This document shows positions 52,838-64,000 of a DNA stretch of 64,000 bases, one piece after another. Position 1 is the first letter of the stretch. The number at the start of each line of letters is the position of its first letter. This stretch comes from Octopus bimaculoides (lineage: Eukaryota), in contig NC_068984.1 of the NCBI RefSeq assembly GCF_001194135.2, forward strand, positions 60,810,871 to 60,874,870, written 5' to 3'. A program made the position numbers and the translations under genes. A model generated the notes under the pieces. It was not told where the DNA came from, did not search any database, and saw only the letters and a program-made list of their open reading frames with translations.

Positions 52838-55039
52838 TGCTTAAAAATGCTATTGTCAGCTTATCTAGGATGTCCGCACTGGTTCATTACAGTTTGGAAT
52901 GAAACTAGTGTTTGCGTGGTTGGGCCTAGATGGGATTTGAATTCAAAATGCAAAGACCCGAAACAAATGCTTCACGTCATTTTATTCGTTACTGTAAAAG
53001 TTACTCCACACACCTTCCTTGGACAGCTTCCTTTTTTTATCGACTTCAAAAGGATGAAAGGCAAAGTTGATCATGTCAGGATTTGAACTTGGGACACAGC
53101 ACAAAATTCAAGAGTTATTCTAATGACTTCCATCAGTGGTTGTCCAGAACTTATCACAAGTTCAATTAAACTTGATCCTTTATCACTCACAATTATACAT
53201 ACAATTCATTCTCAACTCCAATTTCTAGAACATAAAATACTGACGCGATAAGTCTCTTGAACAGATATTAATCTATTTCAAGTAGCTTTTCCCTATGGAA
53301 CGAATTCACCTAAGCACTGCAAGCCAACTAGGCGTACTCCAGTTCTATAGTGCTCTCATTGGCTTCAAATTGGACTAGATTCAGAAGTATGATCCGAAAA
53401 ATAGTTTATCTTAGTCCTTTCGAGGTAGATGTTTTGTTAGAATATGAATTACTACATACATAATTATTTGATGTTCTATCAATTCAAGTTATATTCTGTT
53501 CACTACTTTGTCTAACTGAAAAGACGCATCAATCCTAATTCAAAAATTTCCCGTTAGTATTAAGAATAGACGTCTTTATAAAAAAAAAAAAAACTTCCAC
53601 CAACAAAATTTTAAAATTATTGACTGGATAAGATATCTAGTCTGCTTGATCCTGAACCATGAATACACGTTTTCTACAAGTCTTTTTTATCTTTTTTTTG
53701 TATTTAGTTTGCAATATTTTTGATGCGTATTCGTGTGTTGAAACAATTCTTGTTACTTGGGTGAGTCTTTACGTCAATAATAATAACATACGCACCGATT
53801 CAATATCACTTCTTTATAATGTTAGTCAATCAGTTAAGTATCTAAGCAACTAAACTAACTGATCGTTCCGTTAATGTGTTGGTTAAACAATCTATCGGTT
53901 GTTTATCAAAATCTTTTCGTTGCAATTCGCGATCTCATCAGTGACACGCCCTCTCTCTTCAAGTCAGACCTTGATATTGAACCAGTGCGTGTGTTTATTA
54001 TTATTGGCGTAATGACCTTCTCAAGATACAAGATTCTCTTTATGTTTCCTAACAACACATTTAAGTTAAATTAACTGCGAGCAGTTGATAGTTTCAACGG
54101 TTTCTCTGAAAATTAACTTGCACTAACGTATTTGCACGGATATGAATTAGGTGAATTAATAGGATGTCAGGCTTTTACATCTTGGTTCAATATGAATAAA
54201 TCTGGTACAGTGTTTATAATTAGCTTTCCAACAATAATTTATGTTCATTTACATACAAGCAGAATCCAAGGAATGTAGTAACGGTAACATCTAGAATTAG
54301 AAGGGAAATTTCAACTGTATATAACTCTCTTCTCTTCTGCAGTCAAGGATCTGACTTTTAAAATACGAAACCAGTCCTTCTGTTACGATAATTTCATCTA
54401 TTTTAAATTTCAGACTGTCTCTTGAAACCAGTGGCGGTACATCTATAAGTTTATTTGCCGTGAGGAAGATGGGAGACCTGACTTTTCTCCGAGGACTCTT
54501 TACCTTTAGGGAAGGCTATGTAAAGGTTTAGTTATGACTCGTTATTGAAGAAAGATTAGCATTGTGTCTAGAGGGTATTTATCTTTTTATATAATGCTCA
54601 GTGAAAATCAATCTAAGTTATAATCATATGTATTGCAGTTATATTTAAAGTATTATTATTAGTGCCATGTTATATACAAATATCTAAAATGGCATGATTG
54701 ATAACATCTATGCTATCATAGAAAAATGAATTTAAAAGGGATCTGAAAGCCTTCCTCATCAAAATATATTGATGGTATACTATTCACCTTCAAACCAATT
54801 GAATATATAACTTTCTTTCATGTATTTATCTCGTAATCAGAATATCAAATGGCTAGATTGATAAATTTCTACATTTTTATAACGTGTAAGAAGAGATGGA
54901 GGCATATTTCAGGATTGACTTACCGCTCAGATACGATGATTGTAAAGTTTTTATTTCTTGGTTAGATAGATAACCTGAAACAAGCAGAAAAATTATCCTA
55001 TTTAAGAGTAGAAAATATTGGCACTTGAGTAAATGAATT

Positions 55040-55222
55040 TACTCTTTAGTTGTTCGATTTGCTATAAATAACTGAGAAATTTCCTCAAGCGCAACTGACT
55101 GTCTTGGAAAAAGAAAGGCACATGATAAACATCTCAGATAAACAAGAATAGAGGAAAATACAAGTGGAACGTGGCTAGAATACTTTTTAACCATACATTT
55201 GCTCAATTAGGGTTGATCTGAC

Positions 55223-55255
<33 letters not shown>
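55040..55255 (+). mobile_element. Family G repeat with (AAC)n tail
   Basis: CTGTCTTGGAAAAAG...GGTTGATCTGACTAAACAACAAC. Confidence 0.55.
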
Positions 55256-55256
<1 letters not shown>

Positions 55257-56869
55257 GAAGTATAATTTCAGAAGTAAAATTCTATACATCTATCAATCTT
55301 TCACGAACCAAGGGCTCAGAACATTTATCAGTCAGGCTCAGCCATTTTATAATAGCATAGATAATAGTAAAAGAGAGTTTTACGAAAGATTGCATTGACA
55401 GAATGTCATATATAAGAGTCTCATAAGAAACAGCTGTTGATTAGGAAAGAAAGTTATCTGAGAAAAGCAATATTTTAAATTAAAGTCTTTCAGAACATAC
55501 TCTAAGGAAGAATGCAAATATTTCGGATTACAACAACGAAGACTTAATGGCTTTGTGAAACTTAATTCCAAACCAACAAACGTTGGTCTATCAAACTTTT
55601 ACTTGAAAATATTTGTTTCTTTTTCCATTTATATGCTCTTTTGCATATGAACAGACAGTGAACAGAATTTACTGGAAGTTTCTATCATTGTTGCCGGCAG
55701 CTACTCGAATCTGAGAAACAAACACATGTACAAAAAATACCACTAGAAATGAATGATTTATGAATTTGCAAATCCTAAATTGTCAACTTTTGTTTCTTCC
55801 ATGATCAGCTATTTGTCAAAGGAAATTTAGAGTCAATGCAGCAGAAAATTAAAGGTGTTGCTTGCTATAGTTAATATCAAAATGGTGGTCGAATGGTAGA
55901 AGCAGCAGAGTGTCAGATGGATAAAATGTATTACAACATTTAATCTAGTGCTATGTTCAAATCTTCTATAATCGACTTTGTCCATTTTTCCTGGAGCTAT
56001 TAAAATAACTAGACATATATCGGAAATTATGACTTTTGAAGATTTCTGTATCTAGGATTATGGCATTGAGAAATGTTTTGGCTTCATGTACTTCAGTTAA
56101 AAACACTTCTTAGATCAATATTATCTTTTATCTCTGCAGAACTGTTGAAATTTAAAACTTCGGAATGAATTACTTCTGGTGGTAAACGTTTGCAGTGATC
56201 AGATCTACAGTATCTTTACTTCCAACATATTGACCTCATAACAAAAAAGGTAGTGAGAAGTGTATGTTATGAAGATAAAGAGAAGTGTGTTATGCTGCAG
56301 AAAACAAATAAGTACCATGTCTAAAGGGAACTGCCGAACAAAATATCACATGCCATTGGTTTCTGGCCTCCCCTTCTCTCCCTTCCAGCTTCGGAGTTCG
56401 TACAAACTCTTGGCCGTCACCCTTCCTGTGACTACGCCATAAAAAATATACAGTATATGGCACTGGATATACTATATATACAACTGCTATAGATAGCAGT
56501 ATATCTAGCAAATACGTATGTAGTAATGTATGTCTCGATGTATGAATGTATGTTTGTGTGTGCGCGCGCGAGTCCTAGATACGATTTTAAACTTGTGGAG
56601 CTCTGGTTCGGAAGTATGTATGTATGTATGTATGTATGTATGTATGTATGTATGTATGTTTGTGTGTATGTGTGTGTGTGTGTATGTGTGTGTGTGTTCT
56701 AAATATAACTTTAAACTAGTGAGGCTCTGGTTCGGAAGTTCCAAGGTTTTGAGGAGTATGGAATCACATCTAAGCCACATTTATTCCCAGGTCTACTCTA
56801 ATTCACAATTATGGGCTAACAGCAATTGGAATGACAATCCATCTGAGCGCGTGGATGCAGAAGTTCTTT

Positions 56870-57171
56870 AAACATTCTTCTATTTCTTCGACGCCTGCTA
56901 TTTCTACTTTTCTTGTCGCTATATTCAGCGTTCGATAAGTAATTATTTTTCTTTCCGACTTCTTTGCTACTTCTTGGGGGGAGGGGGGGGTCAATCTAAG
57001 GCATCCTCCTTTCTTCTTCAACAGGTTATCAAATTTCTTGTAGTCTATGTCTTTCATTTTCAGTTCCCGCACCTGCAGTAGCTCGGCTGTCAGGTTTCTG
57101 CCCGTCACCGCAGCATAACTGCCTGTCTGGACCTGTGAATTCATATCTCCGTTATTTACCGCTTCACCCAT
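56870..57171 (-). mobile_element. LINE (Tx1/L1-like) ORF1 N-terminal fragment with 5' UTR extending to ~57300
   Basis: Open frame MGEAVNNGDMNSQVQTGSYAAVTGRNL...EEIEECLKNF; the SYAxV motif is typical of LINE ORF1 N-termini; truncated downstream. Confidence 0.55.
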
Positions 57172-57304
57172 AAATGGAGAAGCCAAACAAAATCTTCAAC
57201 AATTTCACAAATGCAACACAATATTCAACAATTCAACAATCCAACAGTACATCAACTCAACACTTCTGCAATTCAACAATTCAGAAACTCAAATAAAAAG
57301 TCGC

Positions 57305-57775
57305 AACTCACATCTGTGAGAATCACCAGCTTGGGATGAGAACTTACCCCACTCGCAAAATACTATATGCTTTTTCCAGCAACAAATCGTCGATGATCTC
57401 GAAAATGGAGAAATAAGCTATATTAAATCTCTGACCGAGATGTAAAGAGTAGCAATACGGAATCGTAACATATAATTGCCAACCAAGTGTGACGTCCTAT
57501 ATGGGACAGTGCTATTTTGCGAGTGGGATGAGTTTTCATCACTAGCTGGTGATTAACACACGCTGAAGATGGGTAATCACCCTGAAACTCGAGTCCGAGT
57601 GTATCACGTAAGGTTAGGAATGGGAGCGATCACCACCCCTCGCAAATACTAATCGGGCACAGAATGTGTGTCGTTAGCCAGCTGGAAAAGATGTCTTCCT
57701 GGGGCTATAAACGTCAGTAGCACTGTCTCGTATAGGACGCCACACTTGGTTGGTAATTATATGTTGTGGCAATTA
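57305..57775. repeat. Cluster of inverted and direct partial copies of one unit (pLTR-like) surrounding the hammerhead
   Basis: 57310-57365 is the inverse of ~57510-57555; ~57465-57515 is the inverse of 57717-57770; a third partial copy lies at 57633-57650. Confidence 0.8.
57549..57607 (+). ncRNA. Minimal type I hammerhead ribozyme (Penelope-like-element type)
   Basis: Stem I gtgat..acac.cg / cg.gtgt.atcac (11 bp), CUGAAGA 57563-57569, stem II gggt-aatc-accc, GAAA 57584-57587, palindromic ACUCGAGU stem III, GUC cleavage triplet ending at 57595. Confidence 0.8.
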
Positions 57776-58717
57776 TATGTATTGCTACTGTTTACATCTC
57801 GCTCAGAGATTTAATATAGCGTATATNNNNNNNNNNNNNNNNNNNNNNNNNNNNNNNNNNNNNNNNNNNNNNNNNNNNNNNNNNNNNNNNNNNNNNNNNN
57901 NNNNNNNNNNNNNNNNNNNNNNNNNNNNNNNNNNNNNNNNNNNNNNNNNNNNNNNNNNNNNNNNNNNNNNNNNNNNNNNNNNNNNNNNNNNNNNNNNATA
58001 TATATATATATATATATATACAATATATATACATACATATATATACATATATATATATATATACTGACGTATATATTTACATATATATATAAACAAACAC
58101 ACACACACATATATATATATACAAATGTTTATATGTACGCATTATCTTTTGTAAAAATCCTACAACGTTGCAGTATATGACAGACAGATATGGTAGCTTT
58201 TATTGAAATACTCTAGATGGTACTAGATGTCAATGTCAAACTTATTACTTTTGATATATTTTTCCTGATTAAATGCTGCACACACACACACACATACACA
58301 CGCACGCATGCGCAGTGTATGTATTTGTATGCTTTTAAGTGCAGCAAACAATAGCAAAGCCTGAGAGGAATCTTAGATTTCTATTGGTGGCTGAAAAATT
58401 TAGAAATTGTTTCTCGTTTCCGAACTTCTGACGGAGAAAATAATAAACAAAAATTTTAATACGTTTGGAGGATATTTAAAAGCAACAGTCAAATGACGTA
58501 TCAAATTCTGTTTAAATAAACCTTATTCACAACAATGGAAATATATATACATAAGGAACGGGGAAATTGACACAGTAAAGTCAGGTGTAAGTATGTGTAG
58601 CTATCACAATGAAGGGGTTATGGGATGTTTTTGCAGGCAGTTTTGACTCCGCTTAATTGGCGTTGCTAACTGGCAGCTGAAATTTTGGTATCAGACTTTT
58701 TAATGTTTCTTCTCGTA

Positions 58718-58895
58718 TTGGTTTCAAATTTTAGCACATGTCCAATAATTTCGGGTGAGGGAGTCAGTCATAGACTCCAGTACTCAACTGGTATGTATTC
58801 TATCGACCCTGAAATGATGAACGGCAAATTCAACCTCGACGGCATTTGAACTCAGAACGTAAAGACGAACGAAATTCTGCAAAGTATTTCGCCCT
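58718..58895 (-). mobile_element. SINE family A copy
   Basis: TATCGACCCTGAAATGATGAACGGCAAATTCAACCTCGACGGCATTTGAACTCAGAACG. Confidence 0.85.
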
Positions 58896-59538
58896 TATAT
58901 GTTTCTTCTCATATTAATGATCTTCCTCATTTTGTCTCTCCCCTTTCCCATTGTGAGTAAGCATACCTTTCTATGTATATGGGGAGAGGGAAAGTGTTAA
59001 TGTTAATCGTGCTCAATTATTGCTGTCTCCCTGTCTCTCTCACTCTTTCAATCTGTATGTGTTTATTTCTGTGGATGCTTTCCTGGTACCCTTCAAATTC
59101 TACTCAATATATGATTTAAAATTCTTTAAAAGTGAGTCAGAAAAGGAAATGCTCATAGACATTGTTAGCCACCTTAATCAAGTGGCACCAATACAACTGA
59201 TACGTGTTACATTTGGACATTTTGCAGGTTGGTGCCTAATAACAAATTATATTGTCCTTACTGGATTACAGAACGTTGCAGTTCGTGACTAGGAAAAGTT
59301 GGCACGTCCTCATTGAAATATGGTTTATCGACATAGTACCACATTTTATTGACATAAAACTGGATTTAGTTCGAAGACATAACCATAACAGTAGTTACAT
59401 ATTGTTCATACGGAAGAGATCTTATGTTACCAGACTAAATTTCGAATATGCCTGAGAGAAGAAGATAAAGAGTGACGAATTATTTATATCAAGCTATGTA
59501 TTATAAGTGGAATTATTTATATCGGGTTATATATTATA

Positions 59539-59922
59539 GTGAAGGCGCAATGGCCCAGTGGTTAAGGCAGCGGACTCGCGGGCATAGGGTCGCGGTTTCG
59601 ATTCCCAGACCGGGTGTTGTGAGTGTTTATTGAGTGAAAACATCTAAAAGCTCCACGAGGCTCCGACAGGGGATGGTGGCGAACCCTGCTGTATTCTTCC
59701 ACCACAACTTTCTCTCACTCTTACTTCCTGTTTCTGTTGTGCCTGTAATTCAAAGGGTCAGCCTTATCACACTGTGTCACGCTGAATATCCCCGAGAACT
59801 ACGTTAAGGGTACACGTGTCTGTGGAGTGCTCTGCCACTTGCACGTTAATTTCACGAGCAGGCTGTTCCATTGATCGGATCAACTGGAACTCTCGACGTC
59901 GTAAGCGACGGAGTGCCAACAA
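59539..59922 (+). mobile_element. tRNA-derived SINE family C, full length
   Basis: A box TGGCCCAGTGGTTAAGG, B box GGTTTCGATTCCC; homologous to 9081 and 29738. Confidence 0.92.
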
Positions 59923-59937
59923 TATATTATAAGAAAC

Positions 59938-60085
59938 GTGGAGACGCATGGCTTAGTGGTTAGGGTGTTGCACATAAAAGATTGTCGTTACGATTACTGG
60001 GCCTGGTGGTGCGTTGTGTTCTTGAGCAATACACTTCATTTCATATTGCTCCAGCTATCTGCTGGCAAAAATGAGCAAGCCTGCA
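59938..60085 (+). mobile_element. SINE family D, 3'-truncated
   Basis: CATGGCTTAGTGGTTAGGG head; TTGTGTTCTTGAGCAATACACTT CORE-like segment. Confidence 0.75.
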
Positions 60086-60834
60086 AAGAACAGGCTTTTC
60101 GTCCAGGGGTGAATGTATAACTTGCAGAACCTGGTAAACCAGCCTTATAAGCGGATGGCTTGGGAAGGACCTTTGATTTTTCTTTTAATTATTAGAAGTG
60201 AAAACAAATTCCTTTATGTACAGAAAATGGATTAGTATACCCAAGAATACACAGAGTATGAATCGAAGAAAGCTTCGTTCAAATTCGAGCAACATGTCAT
60301 GGTAAAAATGGTTGCTGATGTCCAGAGCAAAATGAAAGTGATTTTAATAAAGTTCTCACGTGTGACAAAATTCGGTTAAGAAAGAATAATATTGCTTCAG
60401 AGTAAAAAATGAAAAAGAAGAGAAATAACAAGACGTTTTCTTAAATGCCAGACAAATCTCTCTAAATCACAGACAAAAGATTAAAAAGGAATGACAAAGG
60501 AAAATAATCATGATAGAAAAAGAGACAGCGAATGCAACAATCCACAAGTGATTTCCGTTGAGAAAATTCTTATGCAATCAGAATTTTGTATAAAGTAAGA
60601 ATATTAAAAGTTTCCTGGAAAACACCCAAGGAAAAAAATTGTTGGTAGAATGTATGTATGTATGTTTGTATGTATGTATGTATGTATGTATGTATGTATG
60701 TATGTATATTGAGTGTATGTATGTATGTATGCATGTATGTATGCATGTATGTATGCATGTATGTACGTACGTATGTATATTGAGTATATGTATGCATGTT
60801 TGTAAGTATGTATATATATGTATTATATATATGT

Positions 60835-60879
<45 letters not shown>

Positions 60880-60949
60880 AACATAGTATATAACTTCACT
60901 ATTTTCAAAACGAAAAGAAGTATTCTTCTTTCTGTTGTTGTTGTTGTTT

Positions 60950-60981
<32 letters not shown>

Positions 60982-62239
60982 CTTCTTCTTCTTCTCATAT
61001 CACCATCGTCGTCACGACCACCACGACCATTACAACGACGACGACGATGACGACGACGACGACGACGACGACCACCACCACCACCACCACCACCACCACC
61101 ACCATTATTAGTAGTAGTAGCAGCAGTAACAACTGTAGTCATACTTGGTTCAAATAGACATGCAACTTCACTTGTCCGCATAATTAAGATATTTACCAAT
61201 TATATCCGAAACAAAAGCATATTATTTGAAAACACCTGAGACTTTTCTCTCATATTCAGTGATGAATAATGTTTGTTATCATTGGAATTTAAACATGATT
61301 GTATTTGTATTTACATTTAACCCATGACAACATTTTCAAAGCAACACGGTTAAATATATCGTCACAAAAACAGAGAAATTGAATTTCGTATCGGAACGTA
61401 AATATTACAAAATGATAAAATGTAATGACTTTTTAATAGACAGCAAGAGTAAAACAGTAACAGCAGTGCGAACATTCTCAGTGATATGCTAATACACATA
61501 CACTCACACACATACACACGTTCACACACATACTCGCGTTCACGCACATACACACGTTCACGTACACACGGTAGCATACGTGATTCTACACGCATACACA
61601 CACATACATACACACATACACGCACATTGTGTGTACTAAATGAACAAAGCAATGAAAAGCAATTTCTCATTCCCTAATGCAGCTACAGCATGCAAATTTG
61701 AACATGACTCGATTGACTGAGAAAAAAATCTGCTTGGCAGACTTTTGTAACCAAAAGAAGCACATCTTTGCCCAAATATTTCTTCTACGAAAGAACTAGA
61801 GAAGAAGAGTGTTACATATCCACCAAAACTCTATCATAACAGGAAATAGTCATACCCAAATGGATTTAGATGCTTTATGTTCAAACAAACGCAGAAAATG
61901 TTCACAGATACATCAAACTCAAAGACAAATGGGAAGGCTCTGATTTAATCTAGCGTGTAGGTTCTCCCTAGTAAAAGGACTAGATCACCATATTTGTTTT
62001 TCTTCTGTATTTATATTACATCTTCATTATCTGTGCTCTTATATAATCATTTATGTTTTGAAATTATTTCATGCATATTTAAATTTAATCTTTCTTAATA
62101 CACTGCATAACGTCTTTGACACTCCTTACTTTCTATATAACTTTATTTTCTTTGTCCCTACATATTTTGTAACGTGCATTTTGATTACTTAAATGAATGT
62201 CTTCTTGGAAATAGTAAAAATGTATTATTATTATTATTA

Positions 62240-62301
<62 letters not shown>

Positions 62302-62361
62302 GGAGAGTATTGTAGTTCGCTTGAAGCATTGGGTATTGTTTGTAAAGAATAGAAAGTTTAG

Positions 62362-62610
62362 AATGGTATAACAATGCAATATAGAACAAAAATTGGACTA
62401 TATACCTGTTGTAATTTGGTTATCTATAGTCCGATGATATTTCGGAAATACAATTCCTTCTTCAGATCTTCTTTGCTGGAGTCTCTGCAATAAACTCCAG
62501 CAAAGAAGATCTGAAGAAGGAATTGTAATTCCGAAATATCATCGGACTATAGATAACCAAATTACAACAGGTATATAGTCCATTTTTTGTTTTATAGTGC
62601 ATTGTTATAC

Positions 62611-62614
<4 letters not shown>
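62362..62614. repeat. Near-perfect inverted repeat: 121-bp arms, 11-nt spacer, 4 mismatches
   Basis: Left arm 62362-62482, spacer CTCTGCAATAA, right arm 62494-62614; compared base by base. Confidence 0.97.
62508..62543 (+). ncRNA. Minimal hammerhead ribozyme core within the palindrome (mirror copy on the - strand at 62433-62468)
   Basis: gat CUGAAGA a ggaat-tgta-attcc GAA AUAU C atc: 5-bp stem II, palindromic AUAU stem III, AUC site ending at 62540, stem I only 3 bp. Confidence 0.55.
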
Positions 62615-62651
<37 letters not shown>

Positions 62652-62737
62652 GCATTATTATTATTATTATTATTATTATCCTCTCCTTTCAATTTTGTTT
62701 CCATTTCTTGCCGAGTGTCTTCCCGGCACCTAGGGCG

Positions 62738-62788
<51 letters not shown>

Positions 62789-62803
62789 GTTATTATTATA
62801 ATT

Positions 62804-62851
<48 letters not shown>

Positions 62852-63559
62852 ACTGTTGTAGTTTTGAAGCAAACGAAAATCTTTCGATTCGTTGCTGAAA
62901 GAGTTACATAAAGTTTCGTATGATGGTTTTTCCTTTATAATTTTGTAAGCTGAAAATGATCAAACGTTTGAACGCCTACTCGAAGATATGAGACAGAGAA
63001 AACACCTGTTTTTTTTTTAGACATCTTAGATTTTTCCTGTTTATTATATATAGTATATTACACAAGAGGTGGGTTGTAAAAGGTTTTGACAAAAATAAAA
63101 GTAGCACACGATACGTCTACTCTGAAAATTATGAAATAATTTTCCATCGCTTACGCAGTCACAATTTTATATACAGAAACTGAATTATGTACGACATAAA
63201 TAAAAGTACTACTGATTGGTAGTTGACACTTGGTTCGTCGACATCGTTTGCGGCACTGCACAAGCAGACTTTAAGGACGATGATTACACGGAATGACATG
63301 TGGTTGGGTAAGTTTTGTATGGTCATGCAGATTATGATAAACCTTGACGAGCACGGTCCCAGAGCTATTTCTCATAGCCATGTAGGAAGAGAGGCAAATG
63401 TACAGGACAGAAAGTCCATCAGTTAAACGTGTGTTACCTCAGATATCTGTAATAAGGGGAGATGTATTAAAATAGTGTAGAATATTTTCTCCATCAACTC
63501 GCTTTTACGTACAAATTTGTACGTAAATATACGCACCCCTTGTAATTACTTTTGTAGCA

Positions 63560-63705
63560 CGTTGTTTCAGGTAAGAAACTGCAAAATGAATTATCAACTT
63601 TGCCTTTGATCCCTTCGGAGTCGATAGCATAAATACTAAGTTAAGTACAGTGAACGATTAAACCCTCCCCTCAAAATTACTGACCTTGAACCTGAACCAG
63701 AAACT
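63560..63705 (+). mobile_element. SINE family A, degenerate, followed by (ATT)n
   Basis: CAACTTTGCCTTTGATCCCTTCGGAGTCGATAG. Confidence 0.7.
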
Positions 63706-63707
63706 TA

Positions 63708-63773
<66 letters not shown>

Positions 63774-63774
63774 T

Positions 63775-64000
63775 TTTATTCTTTTATTCTTTTACTTGTT
63801 TCAGTCATTTGACTGCGGCCATGCTGGAGCACCGCCTTTAGTCGAGAAAATCTACCCCAGGACTTATTCTTTGTAAGCCTCGTACTTATTCTATCAGCCT
63901 CCTTTTGCCGAACCGCTAAGTTACGTGGACATAAACACACCAGCATCGGTTGTCAAGCGATGTTGGGGGGACAAACACAGATACACAAACACACACACAC
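63775..64000 (-). mobile_element. SINE family B 3' half, running off the window
   Basis: TCTTTTACTTGTTTCAGTCATTTGACTGCGGCCATGCTGGAGCACCGCC. Confidence 0.92.

Noticed and set aside
56385-56495. Strong polypyrimidine acceptor followed by SEFVQTLGRHPSCDYAIKN
   Set aside because: No convincing donor, and similarity to iGluR S2 is too vague.

Overview
This is AT-rich eukaryotic genomic DNA from a gapped draft assembly, with more than 15 N-runs, most abutting microsatellites. The microsatellite load and the tRNA-derived SINE families suggest an octopus/coleoid cephalopod genome (inference, not database-verified). No complete protein-coding gene is visible, and nearly all ORFs in the supplied track are microsatellite or gap artefacts. 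The window is intronic or intergenic TE debris. It holds 4-6 SINE families (about 35 copies), decayed RTE and Tx1/L1 LINE pieces, a Helitron helicase remnant interrupted by a solo LTR, a second mini solo LTR, Tigger and mariner transposase relics, several MITEs and minisatellites. One orphan symmetric exon candidate (25345-25527) weakly resembles an ionotropic glutamate receptor S2 lobe. The most notable signal is a set of sequence-unrelated minimal type I hammerhead ribozyme motifs with palindromic stem III, the architecture known from Penelope-like elements. The best copy is at 57549-57607, one lies inside a 121-bp near-perfect palindrome (62362-62614), and relics occur at 46715-46759 and possibly 53903-53947. 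All coordinates were counted by hand, and TE boundaries are approximate unless TSDs or TIRs are stated.
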